Source: Eledone cirrhosa
Lineage: Eukaryota
Reading direction: 5' to 3'
Length of the DNA stretch: 64,000 nt
Assembly (NCBI GenBank): GCA_964016885.1
Contig: OZ024742.1
Span: 228,098,001-228,162,000, forward strand
Under the pieces are notes generated by a model. It did no database searches. It was not told where the DNA came from and worked only from the letters and a program-made list of their open reading frames with translations. This document shows, piece after piece, positions 47,575 through 60,834 of the stretch (positions within the stretch are counted from its first letter, which is position 1; every line of letters begins with the position of its first letter). A program made the translations under genes and the position numbers.

Positions 47575-48290
47575 CAACTCTCTCTCTATATAAAATTCTT
47601 TGTCTGTCTGTATTTTCCTTATGTAATCCAAAACGGCTCGACCAAATCAAATCAAATTTTACAAGGTAACAGTGTTAGACCCCCAGGAGTAACAACATTT
47701 ATATGCAATTATCTATATATATCTATATCTAGATCTACATATAATATAAAAGATTTGAACTTCCATCATCTTTTTGAGAAACGTGGACCCACTACTTCTA
47801 TGCAATGGCACACACTTTACAGCCAGGGGGATGATGAACCATCTCCTAGAGGTCACTATTCTTGGAGGCAATCGCCAAGGAGAAAATGCATTTATTACCA
47901 AGATTCCTCTTATTCCTTCCTCTACCGAACTGTCATTCAAGACTTCAGTTCCCTATTGGAGCCAGTCTTACTATGACCATACATAAAGCTTAGGCTCAGA
48001 GTTTTGAAGTTGTAGAATTGAATACAAGAGAAGCGCTTTTTACCCATGGACAGTTATATGTAGGTTATTGATGAGTGGAAACACCTAGAAATCTTCATAT
48101 ACTATGCACAAACAGTAAAACGAAGAATCTGGTGTATCTGGAAGATTTTTTACTGCTTATTTTTTTGTAACACACACAGCACGGTCTCGCCTCATACTGT
48201 AAACCAGACAAACATCCAATACAGTCATTTTCTCTTCTACCTGTCTTCTTTTATCATCTGTTTACCTGGGCGAAGCTGGGTAAACAGATG
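47575..48290 (+). mobile_element. Non-autonomous Helitron with a PIF1 helicase remnant (5' terminus duplicated at ~47170-47300)
   Basis: LRNVDP..LCNGT, IPLIP, QFP...MTIHK, FTHGQLYV; subterminal GC hairpin CCTGGGCGAAGCTGGG. Confidence 0.8.
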
Positions 48291-48629
48291 ATACTTTGAT
48301 AGGCTTCGGCCATAAAGAGAGAGAAAGGACCATATATCTTATGAAAACACGCAGTATCTTGTATATATACAAAGCACATATATCAAGGAAAAATATGTAT
48401 AATTCTTAATAGCGTTATTTCATGATTCGAAGCACCAGAACTTAAAAGCAATCTAAGTAATCGATCATCGATCACTAACTATCGATTTTGGTTAAATTAT
48501 GGGAGACGCGAATCAATCATCAGAGGAAATGGGTAATTATATAATTCGAAATAAAAATATAGAATCGCGATTTATATCTGAAAGGAAATTCAACAAATCA
48601 TCTCTGCGCGGAATGCAGTATGGTGTAGT

Positions 48630-48669
<40 letters not shown>

Positions 48670-48679
48670 GTGTGTGTGT

Positions 48680-48985
48680 GCACAACTGGCACTTCCTTGG
48701 TTATGACTACGAGTTTTCTAATTGATACGATCAACGGAAAAGACTGCACCTGAAGTTAACGTGCAAGTGGCTGAGCATTCCACAGACATGCGTACACTTA
48801 ACGTAGTTCTCGGTGAAATTCTGCATGACACAGAATGTGACAAGGCTGGCCCTTCGAATTACAGGTACAACTTACATTTTTGCCAGCTGAGTGGACTGGG
48901 GTAACGTAAAATCAAGTGTCTTGTTCAATAATATAACGCAGTCGGGAATCGAACTCACGACTGTAAACACTAAGCCACGTGCCTT
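48680..48985 (-). mobile_element. Second SINE family (related relics at ~27480-27740 and 38880-39690)
   Basis: Shared core TTAACGTGCAAGTGGCTGAGCA...GTGACAAGGCTGGCCC; B-box-like GAGTTCGATTCC on the minus strand. Confidence 0.7.
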
Positions 48986-48993
48986 CACATGCA

Positions 48994-49030
<37 letters not shown>

Positions 49031-49204
49031 CCGAATGTGATTGGCTGCTGAGAGAAAAGAGTACTCAATACCTAAGTAGAGTTTTAATATTCATTTTATT
49101 AAGGCTAAATAGTAATTCTTGTTACTTTGAAGTTACAAGCGAAACTCCAGAGCAACAAGATTCACTATATAGTCTTAATAAAATGAATACATATATATAT
49201 ATTT

Positions 49205-49626
49205 AATAAGGGTATTAGCTCTAACCTAGCTGTGTATATGAAATACGTGAATTTGTATATCTGGCGTTATACGGTATATTTATAAATGAACATTTTGAAA
49301 GCCTTCAGCTATGAATTTGCGTGTACCAGCAGAAGCTAAGGACAGCTAACTAGTGATAATGACGTCATCATTTCTGACTCTGGTCGTTATCAAGCTAATG
49401 CTACCTACCCCGCTTGCTGCTGCAAATTAACATAAGCGAAAACACGATTTAGAAGCCTATGTACATGGACTGATGAGCCTCATTTGCATATAGAGCTATC
49501 GGTTAGCTCGGCCGGAAGATAAAATAAGGGTATTAGCTGTAACATATCTGTGTATATGAAATACGTAAATTTGTATATCTGAGGATATACGCTATGTTTA
49601 TAAATAAACATTTTGAAAGCTTTCAG
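49205..49626 (+). repeat. 1.3-unit element of period 318 between TA tracts; hammerhead-like core
   Basis: Direct repeats ~49205-49308 and 49523-49626; CTGATGA at 49470, GAAA-TACG-TA at 49558. Confidence 0.65.
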
Positions 49627-49712
49627 TGTATATATATGTATATATATATATATATTAGATTAACAATGATAATAATAACGAAGGCAAGTTATTTTACATA
49701 TTCATTTCATTT

Positions 49713-49776
<64 letters not shown>

Positions 49777-50139
49777 TAATATATATTCGTCTTCCTCAGA
49801 AAGCATATATATATATATATATATCCAAAATTAAATTATGGGTGTCATGTCCGAGAGACATACGCCATATCCACTGTAGAATGAGCTCAAAGATTCCAAT
49901 GAATAGATCCGAGCCTGCTAATATACATATTTATTTTATATATATTTCAAGGGTACTAAAACTTTGGTACGCTCTCATCTCTTGAAATATATATATATAA
50001 TAAAATAAATATGGTTTTATAAAGATAGCTTCCATTTATTAATATTATTGATATTATACTCCAGAATAAATTTGGTGGGTGCTTCTAAACTGTTATAAAC
50101 TAAATTTGTTGAATAATCAAGCAATTAAATAACTCATTG

Positions 50140-50179
<40 letters not shown>

Positions 50180-50192
<13 letters not shown>

Positions 50193-50580
50193 CAGATAGG
50201 ATGTGGTAAAAACCAGTGGGTCCTGTCAGAAACAACTGTCTCCAACTGATCCGGCTGGATCCCCAAGTGAGACCAGCCAAGCTCATGGATGTTATCCAAC
50301 CATCTTGCTCAAGGTCTACCCCTGAGTCTCCTACCAGTTGGTTTTTCCCATAAAATCTGTCCACCGATTCTTTCCCCGAGACATTCTAACCACATGCCCA
50401 TAGTATCGGAGCTGTGATTTCTCAATTCGGAGAAGTAGCTGCTCTACCTGGAGTGATTATCTGATCTCCGAGTTACACACTCTATCGAATAAGGTTGCTC
50501 CAAAGACCCTTCGGAGGACCCCCACTTTAGCCGCTTGAATTCACGATCGTATTCTTTCGATCATTACCCTAGATTCATGG
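50180..50580 (-). pseudogene. RTE-type LINE 3' fragment
   Basis: Minus-strand remnant IEKSQLRYYGHVVRM followed by a GRP..RW motif. Confidence 0.65.
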
Positions 50581-50860
50581 CACGAATACCGAATTGGAGA
50601 TAGCGGGAGAGAGGCTTAGAAGTAATTATATCTATAGTATTTCTAATTCTGAGAACATACCAGTTAAAAGTGAGATTAACTCAAAAAGATTTGATTACAA
50701 TATTTTGTGAGACGAACACAGAACATGAAATATCGCCGTAACATTATTTGTAATGTCAACAATGTGATCTCGCCTGGATTAATTAATATGCTTTATCATC
50801 CCATTAATAACGTGGTTCTTTATGGTCAAAGGGGGAATAACTCTGAGATATTATTTGAAA

Positions 50861-51050
50861 GGGCGGTGGATTGGCAGTATCGGTAGAGGGTCGAACGCCA
50901 TGCTTTCCAGCATAGTTACGTCCCTTTACGATCTGAGTTCAAATCCCGCCGAGGTTGACTTTGCCTTTCATCCTTACGGGGTCGATAAAATAAAGTACCA
51001 GTAATGCACTGGGTAATTGCTGGCCTTGTGCCTAAAGTAGAAACAATTAT
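50861..51050 (+). mobile_element. Well-preserved tRNA-derived SINE with target-site duplication
   Basis: A-box-like TGGCAGTATCGG, B-box GTTCAAATCC; flanking TTATTTGAAA at 50851-50860 and 51047-51056. Confidence 0.9.
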
Positions 51051-51356
51051 TTGAAATATTTCATTGCTTTAATCTTTGCGACTGCGGCCACGTTAAGCTC
51101 GTATTTATTCGTTTCAAGTTTGATCGATTTTATCGATTTTTTTTTTTTTTTGTTGCAATTTTCACAGTTGAAAATTGCAAACTTGACTGTCACCACACAT
51201 TATGAACCTGAAGATTGCGAAAGCATGAAAGTACTTGTTCAATTAACACTTAACATTTAATACTCTATCATACTATTTCATTATAATACCATTATAAATT
51301 TTAAAGGATTGTAAATAAAACGAGTAAATCAGACACAGTTGGAATTCCTCTTATTA

Positions 51357-51390
<34 letters not shown>

Positions 51391-51979
51391 ATATCAGTTA
51401 TCTGATGATTTGGTTAAGCATACATCGTATTTAAAATTGAGTGACCCAACTTCAAGTGATTATCAATTTTAAGACAACTTAATCAATGAAACAATTGTTA
51501 ATACTGTAAATAAAACCCTTCTTGTACTGTTGACCACGTTATTCTTCACTCTCTCACTATATATATATATATATATATATCATCATATATATATATATAT
51601 ATATCATCATATATATATATATATATATATATCATCATCATCATCATCATCAACGTTTAACGTCCGTGTTCCACGCTTGCATGGGTTTGGACGGGGGTAG
51701 TCCCACTTGAGGCAAGAGTGATTGTCTTGCTCGCATAGGACTGTCTGGCAGGTTTTCTACAGTTGGATGCCCTTCCTAACACCAACCACATTTACAGTGT
51801 GGGTCTGGGAGGTTTTTACCGTGTTGCCTACACGGCCACATTACAGCGTGGACTGTGTGTTTTTTTGTCGTGACACCTACACGATCTCATTTGTTTCGGC
51901 CTGGATGGTGTGGCACCAACATAACTTTACATAGAATGGGGTGGGGGTGGTGGGGGTGGGACGGGGGGGGGGGTATTTT

Positions 51980-52480
51980 GTTAGAGATGCCTACTGGCTG
52001 TAGTAGGTTTTACTATGTATTTAGGTAAGGCGGGTCTTCTCTGTTACTGAGTACCGCCAAAGGTCTCGGTCCAGTGACATTGTCTTGGAGAGGTGTAAGT
52101 GTGTGAGGTCGGAGTTTATCAGCTCGTCCCAGGTTTTTCTAGGTCTGCCTATTCCGTGGCTACCGTCTATCTTTATTGCCCTGCACTTTGTTATACAGCT
52201 ATCGACTTTCATGCGCATCACGTGACCATACCAACGTAGCCTTCTCTCGAATAAACAACATCTGATCCCTCTTATTTCTAATTTTTTCCTTAGTTCGTTT
52301 ATGCTTTGCCGTTCACGTATATTACTGTTACACATCCAGCGGAGCATGCAAGCTTCGTTCCTCTCTAGTCTGCGTATATCCTCTGCACACAATGCCCAGG
52401 TCTCACTGCCATGCAACATTGCTGTTCGTATGCAGGCATCGTACAACCTGCCTTTCATTTTTAGGGAGAACCCTTTAGCA
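51980..52480 (-). pseudogene. RTE LINE 3' end (second copy at ~54840-55069; older + strand relic at ~53000-53760)
   Basis: KGRLY....MLHGSETW, MLRWMC, RLRWYGHVMRM, GRPRKTW; 3'UTR hairpin CCTACT..AGTAGG. Confidence 0.85.
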
Positions 52481-55226
52481 GCTAATATATATATATATAT
52501 AAGTTATCTAATAAACAAGATAATTATATATATATATATACACACATACACACATATATAGTGCTTAGTTCACCCTGTATGGTGATCTGGTGCCACAACA
52601 ACAAAAGCCCCCAGTCCACTTTGAAGGTGGTCGTACTGGTAACATGATATGAGCAGCACCCAATCCACCCTATATAGTGGTCAGGCTGGTGGCACAACAA
52701 AAAGCACCCAGTCACCCCTGTAAATTGGTCGTGCTGGTGATGCAAGAAAAAATAACACAGTTCATCCAATAAGGTAGTCGTGCTGGTGATACGAGAAAAA
52801 GAAAGCGCCTAGTCCCTCTTGAAAGGTGGTTGTGCTGGTGACATGATGAAGACGCACTCAGTCCACACTGTAACATGGTTGCCATTGAGAAGCGCATAAA
52901 AACGAAGCCAAATTACAGATCTGAATGAGCGAAATAGATGTTAAATGATGTGATACATACATATCTTAGGAAAAACCAAAGTTTTGGTAAGTAGGAAAGA
53001 TGACAGCACTCTGATCCCACCAGGAAATGACCCTGCGCAATAGGTAGAAAAGGAGTATGTAATAACTCTATATGATGTACACAATGTAAATATTGGATAA
53101 ACAAGAGGTTTAGTGGGATAGCAGGCAGATTAACAGAAAAGTTAAACTTTGAATGTGCAGATGCACATAAATGTTTAGTTGTAAAATCATCAGTAAAAGA
53201 AACATTTTCTAATCCCAAGAAGGCTCCATAGAAGTAGTTGATAGCTTCTGCTACCTAGATGATCAAATTAGTGCAGGAGGAGGCTACACTGAAAGCATAA
53301 GAACAAGATGGAAAAGGGTCAGTGAGCTACTACCTCTGTTGTTGACAACAAAAGGTTTCTCTCTATGAAAGAAAGACCAGCTCTATGATGCCTACGTGTG
53401 AAGTGAGATGTGGGCAATGAATTCAGAGGATATGTGAAGGCTGGAGAGAAATGAAACAAGCATGCTTCAATGGATGTGTAATGTTAATATGCATGAAAGA
53501 TAAAGCATAGATGAACTGAGAGAAAAGCTGGATATAAAAGAAATCAGATGTAGTGTGCAAGAGAGAAGACAGCACTGGTATGGATATGTGATGCATATGG
53601 ATGATTATTGTTGATTGAAGAAGTGCTAAGAAATTCCAGTGGAAAGGAGTTACAGTAAAGGGAAGACTTGGGCAGAGGTCTTGAAAGCTAGTCTTAAATC
53701 AAGGAATCTCACAGTCAGGTTGACGATGGACCATGCAAGCATAGAAAAGTAGATGTAAAATGGGAATGATGAGGATTATATATATATATATATATATATA
53801 ATAGAAGTAGTCATTGAAGCTAATGGTGGATTCACTGAATAGATGTGTCAAGAAGAGTCTCAAGGTTATTCATGCCCATATTTTCTGAAATAAAGCTCTT
53901 CTTTCATGACTTAAGTGTCTTTTACTAAATTCATGCAAATATCCTTAAAGAACTGAGCCACCTATTATATAGTAAGGAGATGTTAAATGATGATAATGTA
54001 TATATTCGCATATATGTGTTTTCAAATAATCTGAGGGGGAGGGGGAGGTGTATCTCGGATATTCTAAACCTCAGAGATTTCTTCAGTGGGAATTTTTTTT
54101 TCTGTGTCTTTCCATTTGTTTTCAAACAATCCTACTCCCTTTTCCAAAAACGGAGGCTGAGAGTGACGGGCACCCTCGGAGTTACAGATAGCACCTCCCA
54201 GCTGTATAAATTTATAGAAAAACACCTGCTGGGGATCATGAGAAATTATTTTTCCTAGATTTTTTTACGTGTGTTTTCAACTAATTCGACTAATTACGTG
54301 TGTTTTCAACTGACCTCCGACATGGTCACAATCGCCTTTTTTTTCTGAAAAACGGAATGGAGGTGGTGGGGCTATTAAGTATGTGTGCAAATATGTCTAC
54401 AAGGTTTCTGATGTTGCCATGTTTGCACTACAACAACGAAATATGGCCAGCGAGGTGTCAAACTTCCAACACGGCAGATATATCAGCTGTAACAAAGTAT
54501 TCTGGTGCATTTTTGCATTCCCAATTCAGACCTATTACCCGCCGGTGCAAAAATTTGACATTCATTTGGAAAATAGACAATGAGTGTATTTTACAGCTCG
54601 AAATGCAGCCCAACAAGTCATAGCATGAAGAAAGACAACTTTGCTAGCATTTTTTAAACTTTGTAGAACATAGATTTGCACAAACTCTACTATATGGACA
54701 AATATCCTATTATATCTTTGATAAACACAGAAAAACGGAATAGGTGAAAACAAGGGAGACCAGTAGGAAAACCCGAAATTCGTAAAGCAGTAACACTAGG
54801 TAGGATTTACACAATACATCCAGGACAGCGTAAATGTTTAGAGATGCCTACTGGCTGTAGTAGGTTTTACTATGTATTTAGGTAAGGCAGGTCTTCTCTA
54901 TTACTGAGTACCGCCAAAGATCTCGGTCCAGTGACATTGTCTTGGAGAGGTGTAAGTGTGTGAGGTCGGAATTTATCAGGTCGTCCCAGGTTTTTCTGGG
55001 TCTGCCTACTCCGTGGCTACCGTCTATCTTTATTGCCCTGCACTTTTTTATACAGCTGTCGTCTTTCATAATATACACATAAATAACGACACTAAACCTT
55101 ATATATAATACCTACAAAATTATAAACATATAGACATAGGAGTTACTCCCCTTGAATAACTAAACGATATCTAGCTTATTTACCACCCTTTGACATCACA
55201 GGTTCTTGTATAAGTCCTCTTATCTT

Positions 55227-55315
55227 TTTGCCTGATGAAAAGCATACCCCTGAGAAGATCATAAGATAACTTTATAGCCAATACTGGGGCAGGCTTTGAA
55301 ACCTTAGGTAGCAAG
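55227..55315 (+). ncRNA. Hammerhead ribozyme in a pLTR-like relic, sense strand of PPIB intron 1
   Basis: UUUGC-CUGAUGA-AAAGC..CCCC....GGGG..GCUUU-GAAA-CCUUAGG-UA^-GCAAG. Confidence 0.72.
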
Positions 55316-55536
55316 CAAATATGTTGAGTATCATTAGTAATATTTCAGCTCGGTAGATATAGAGTGCTCGTTTTCCTTTATCCAGTCTTTGGCACTACAT
55401 ACATTTATACTATTATCTGAGTTCAAATCCCGCCGAGGTTAACTTTGTCTTTTGGGGTCGATAAAATAAAGCACCAGTAATGCACTGGGATAATTGCTGG
55501 CCTTGTACCAAAAGTAGAAACAATTATTATCATCAT

Positions 55537-56240
55537 CATCATTCCTTCATCTCAACATAGTCCTCTTTCTATAGCAACATTCCACCTTCGAATGAGGGCG
55601 TGTATCCCAAAAGACAGTTGCCATGATTTTCCTAGCTGACTTTTGTTGCCTTGAGCTTTTGGGTTTTAGGAGATGTCAGGTGATGCCATTCCATCGATTG
55701 CCTTTTTGACTCAGGTTTATAATGATTAATCCTAGTTTCATCACCTGTAATAAGCTTTGTAACGAACGTGTTGTATTTTTGTCTGAATTCAAGGAGCTCA
55801 ATGCAGCAGTTAACCCTTTCAGTCTTGTGCTCAACTGTGAGTTGTCTTTGTACCCAACAGGCACAGACTTTTGAAAACCCAAGTGAGTCAACAATGCTGT
55901 GAGCATTACCATCACTTACTCCAAATTCTAATGCCAACTCATCAATGGTTATGCACCTATCAGCTCTGATTAAAGTGTCTACTTTTGCTTTGTTGGCAGG
56001 GTTGACGGGCGGCCAGCATGAGGTTTGTCTGCTAAGCTCGCAGTTCCCACCTCTTCATTTTCATTCAGACAACGGGTCCATCTATGCACATTGCTATAGT
56101 GTAAGGCGTCACCTTTATAAACATTTTTTAGTCTCTTGTGAATGTTAACAATGGTTTCTCTTTCAGCAACAAGGAATTCAATTACTGCTCTTTGCTTCTG
56201 ACGGACTTCCAAGGAGGCAGCCATCTTGAAATAAACTCAG
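55537..56240 (-). pseudogene. Mariner transposase relic, internally deleted
   Basis: QRAVIEFL, GRPST, KV...WV, ITGDET..HYKPESKRQSMEW; frameshifted. Confidence 0.88.
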
Positions 56241-56275
56241 TCACTAGTGTGGAAAATGGACGTTAAACGATGATG

Positions 56276-56325
<50 letters not shown>

Positions 56326-56329
56326 ATTG

Positions 56330-56638
56330 TTTTTAGTATTTGTTTTGCAAAACGTGTGTTGAAACAGATATTGTTATACTTTGGGAGGGTCATGCTACCA
56401 TTACAAAAACAAGATGGTGTAGGACAGAACAAAGGAGAGACATGAAATAACAACAAAAGTAGTCACTGAGGAGGTCACAGAATGTGTGGCAAAAGAGCTT
56501 TAGTGACAATCAGCAACTAAATAACCATCTGGTTATTACACTAACTGACTAAGAAATTATAATAATAAATTGAAATGAAATCCAACAAGTGTGTGTGTTT
56601 TTTATTGACAGCATGACCCTCCCAGAGTATAACAATAT
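56330..56638 (+). mobile_element. Solo pLTR of the 23.5-26 kb PLE family, with inverted 5' segment and decayed hammerhead
   Basis: Similar to ~25660-25960; inverted repeat ~56368-56396 vs ~56610-56638; CTGAGGA-GGTCACA..TGTGGC-AAAA (GAAA mutated). Confidence 0.8.
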
Positions 56639-56715
56639 ATATATATGTATCACTTGTTCACATTTTTGTTATAAAAAAATATGCTTTTATTTTTATTCTT
56701 CATTTTTTTTTCTAG

Positions 56716-56917
56716 GCTGGAGAAACCACCATTTCAAAAATGGTATTTTTTGACATTGAGATTGGTGGTAAACCAGTAGGAAGAATTGAATTGGGCCTGT
56801 TTATGGAAACAACTCCAAAGACTGCAGAAAATTTCTATCAGCTGGCAACGGGACAAAATGGTTACGGCTATAAAGGATCAAAATTCCACAGAGTTATCAA
56901 AGATTTTATGATCCAAG
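56716..56917 (+). CDS. PPIB: Cyclophilin B exon 2
   Basis: TTTTCTAG| acceptor; [18 protein letters not shown]...PKTAENF...[17 protein letters not shown]; donor G|GTTAGT. Confidence 0.93.
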
Positions 56918-57935
56918 GTTAGTTATAATCATCATCATCATCACCATGTAAGATCTGTCATTCCTTGTAACAAATGTTGGACAGATCGTCACCAACTGAG
57001 TCACAGTACTCAATCAGAGCTACTGATCTCTCAAATGGGTTGGGAGTTGCAGCTTGTTTACATACATTCCTACACTCTACAGGGTACACCATGTGCATTT
57101 TATTGTGGCACCAACAGTCCTTGACACAGCTGAAGAGTCCTCCTAACCCATTGTTTGACAGATTTTCTGCAGTTAAATGCCCTTTGTATCACCAACCACT
57201 TTATAGACTATACCCCAGGCATTTATCATGTAGATCACCAACACTAGAGAGGTCATGTGTGTGTATGTGTCGCCATGTGTGTGTGTGCCTCCATGTCTGT
57301 GTGTACGTCCAGCAACTTACCAGTTCAACAAAAAAGAGATCGATAAAGTAAGCGCTAGGCTTGAAACAATAAGTGCAGGGGTTGATGTGATTGACTAAAT
57401 TAAGTCAATGGCCCAGTATGGTTTCAGTCATTAGACTGAAACCAGTCTTTTCAATATAATTCACATACTGTTGTATCTGGTCTGATGTGGGTGTAGGTTA
57501 GTTGGTCTGTAAATACAGCAACTTACTACTGTTTTCAATATAATGCTGATGAGAGCTCCAAATGCCACAGAGAATAAATAGAACTGCACAGGGTAGCTGC
57601 ACACTCTGTAAACCAATGAGAAGGAAGTCCATCCAGGTGAGCTGAATTAAAACAGTTACATGGAAGAGAGGACTCTTTGGTTCTGGCTGACAACTTCTCT
57701 AGTATTGGTGGCATGATAAAATGTATGGTGTCAATGCAGTAAATTAGTTGGTTATAGGAAGGGGACCCAGCCAGAAAACTTCTGTAAAAAAAAACATGAC
57801 TAACATAAAATGAATTAATATAAATACTGTTGCATCTTCTTTGCTACAAGGTGAGTTGGGGTGGATTGGTTTGGAAATACAGCAATTTACCACCATTTCA
57901 ATCTAATGCCAATGCTATTGTGTCTTCTCTTCTAG

Positions 57936-58055
57936 GTGGTGACTTCACAACATTTGATGGTCGTGGTGGTAAGAGTATTTATGGCGATAGGTTTGATGAT
58001 GAGAACTTTACACTGAACCACACCGGACCAGGATGGCTCAGCATGGCAAATGCAG
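57936..58055 (+). CDS. PPIB: Cyclophilin B exon 3
   Basis: TCTAG| acceptor; [36 protein letters not shown]; donor G|GTAAAT. Confidence 0.95.
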
Positions 58056-58134
58056 GTAAATATAAAAAATTAAAGACTTCTCACCCTTTGAACAGCCCCT
58101 AATAACATGGCTGACATGGTTTTGTTCTTGTCAC

Positions 58135-58670
58135 AGCTGTTGTTGGTACTGTTGTTGTTGCTGCTTCAGTTGCTACTGTTATTGTTGCTGCTGCTACTGT
58201 TGTTGTTGCTGCTGCTGCTGTTATTGTTGTTGCTGCTTCAGTTGCTACTGTTATTGTTGCTGCTGCTACTGTTGTTGTTGCTGCTGCTGCTGCTATTGTT
58301 GTTGCTGCTTCAGTTGCTACTGTTATTGTTGCTGCTGCTACTGTTGTTGTTGTTGCTGCTGCTGCTGCTGTTGTTGTTGCTGCTTCAGTTGCTACTGTTA
58401 TTGTTGCTGCTGCTACTGTTGTTGTTGTTGTTGCTGCTTCAGTTGCTACTGTTATTGTTGCTGCTGCTACTGTTGTTGTTGTTGCTTTTATTGTTGTTGC
58501 TGCTGTTGTTATTGTCAGAGCTGTTGCTACTATTCTTGTTGTTGTTACTCTTCTTGTTGCTCTTGTTATTGTCGTTACAGCTGTTGTTGCTTTTATTGTT
58601 GCTGTGTTGCTGTTTTTGTTATTGTTATTTTTGTTGCTGTTGTTCTTATTCATCATCATCATCATCATCA
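58135..58670. repeat. Compound (GTT/GCT)n trinucleotide repeat with higher-order units, in intron 3
   Basis: Direct; GCTTCAGTTGCTACTGTTATT recurs 5 times. Confidence 0.9.
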
Positions 58671-58889
58671 CCGTTTTACGTATGTTTTCCAAACTGGCAT
58701 GGGTTGGACAGGCTGCTACATTGTTAAATCATTATCTTAGTAATGAAATATTAAATAATTTTAGTAAATCCCCCACAACTCTTCATTAACACTTTTGATA
58801 TCAACCTGGTTAAACTGCCTCTGGTTCTAAGAAACAAAACCACCCATTTTAAAAGGTTTCTATTTTAATTAAAATCTTCCAATACAATT

Positions 58890-59885
58890 TTATACAAGAA
58901 CTCTTCTGTAGTTCCTATCATTAAAATACTAGGAATCCCCCCACACGATACAATCTCATTGGAGGCCAGCTAAACCTGGAAATGTGAGAGCTGTAACAAC
59001 AACAACTTAGGTGTGTGCATGATAGGACTGCAGCCCCTATCATTAAAACATTCAAAAACTTTCTGAATCACAGCATCATAGGAGGCCAGCTAAACCTATA
59101 CAGGTGTGTGTGACCTGTAACAACAATAACATGATAGAACTGGGGTCCCTATCATTAAAACGCCCATGATACCTTCTATGAGATAGGAGGCTAGCTAAAC
59201 CCTCATAGGTGTGAACTGTAACTACAACATGACAGGATTGGGAGCTTCTATCATTCTATATGGTGAAACCTCATATGAGCTGTAACAACATTATAGGACT
59301 AAAGGCTCCTATCATTAAAACAGCCAAGAAACCTCCTATGAGCTGCAACAAGAACATGATAGGTCAAGAGGCCCCTATCATCAAAACACTAGAGAAACAT
59401 CCCATGAGATGTAGTTTTATTTGGCCTCCGATGAAATGTAATCTGTTAGAAGGCCAAATAAACCTACATGGATGTTAGCTGAAACAATGACAAGACTGGA
59501 GGTCCCTATCATTAAAACACCAGAGAAACCTCCCTTGAGCTGAAACAACAAAGATATGACAGGACTGGTGCCCTAGTCATTAAATCATTCGGAAAACTTC
59601 CTTTGAGATGCAATTTAATAGGAGGCCAGTTGTAAGAATGTCATTGGATTTGGGCCCCCTATCATTATAGCATTAGAGAAACCTCCTAAGAGATGCAACT
59701 TTGTAGGAGGGCAGCTAAACCTACAAACATAGGTGTGTGTGCTGCAACAACAACAACAACAACAACAGCAGCAGCATACATATATGTGTATATGATAGGA
59801 CTGGAGTTTCTCACATTAAACACCTAAGAAACCTATGAAATGTGCCCCCATAGGAGGCCAGCTAAGCCTACAAAGGTGTGAGCTA
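58890..59885. repeat. Degenerate ~110-bp minisatellite in intron 3
   Basis: Recurring CCTATCATTAAAAC and GGAGGCCAGCTAAACCT motifs. Confidence 0.75.
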
Positions 59886-59929
59886 TGATTTTCATTTAAT
59901 TTTCCTTTTTAATTTTCTGTCTAATTCAG

Positions 59930-60162
59930 GAATTGATACAAATGGATCTCAGTTCTTCATTACAACAGTAGTGACCAGTTGGTTGGATGGACGCCACACT
60001 GTATTTGGTAAAGTGATCAAGGGTATGGACGTTGTGAGGAAAATAGAATCAACAGAAACAAATGAGAAAGACAAACCCCTGGAAGATATCGTCATCGCTG
60101 CCTGTGGGAGTGTGCCTGTTAGTGTTCCCTTTGATGTCAGTAAAGAAGGAGTCACCGACTGA
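59930..60162 (+). CDS. PPIB: Cyclophilin B exon 4
   Basis: TTCAG| acceptor; [13 protein letters not shown]...[17 protein letters not shown]...[12 protein letters not shown]. The four exons total 609 nt, giving 202 aa. Confidence 0.95.
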
Positions 60163-60834
60163 CTACTCATGCACCTTTATCTCTTTTGAGGGAGAGGTTT
60201 TTTTTATTTAAAACAAAACAAAAAAAAAATTAAATATATGAATATAAAAAAATAAAAAAAATGTCAACATATACATACACATACAAAACAACTTCTTCCT
60301 GTCAACAAAAATGCCTTTAGTTGAAATTTTCATTAATTTTTAATTGAAATTTTTTTTAAAAATTACAATACTACAAAGATATAAAGTTAGTTATTTGATA
60401 ATGTGTTTGTTTTTTCTGGAAGCCACCACATTGCAGATAACTATAAATAATGGTTGAAAAAGTCATGTAAAGTATCCCTGGAGACAAAAAAAGTGGACAG
60501 AATCACTGGCACATGAATGATTCGATTTCCTGCAGATGTTTTTTGCCACTTTTTTCCATCTTCAGGGGCACTTTGCTCAACTTATTCAACTATTATTTAT
60601 ATATATCTGCCTTGTAGCAGCTTTGCAAAAGGAAAAGCAGACATGTTTTCAAATTTCAAAGTTAATTTTATATTTCGTTTGTGAGTTGTGAGTACCCAAG
60701 CATGGCTGCAGTAAGCCAATGGGGGAACAGGTAAGAAAAATGTGTTGGAAAGGAATATAGTTTAAAGTTAGTTTTTTTCTTTAATTATTAATTTAATTTT
60801 TTCTGGATACGCCTGTTATTTTTTCACATCTGGC

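Noticed and set aside
51051-51260. Signal-peptide-like ORF (TTG-KYFIALIFATAA) as PPIB exon 1
   Set aside because: No ATG; the TTG lies inside the SINE target-site duplication, and a better exon exists at 37676.
57546-57620. CTGATGA hammerhead-like start in PPIB intron 2
   Set aside because: No properly placed GAAA, stem III or stem I partner.
58099-58727. Thr/Ala-rich (antifreeze or mucin-like) ORF on - and poly-Leu ORF on +
   Set aside because: Both are translations of an intronic trinucleotide repeat with no supporting gene structure.
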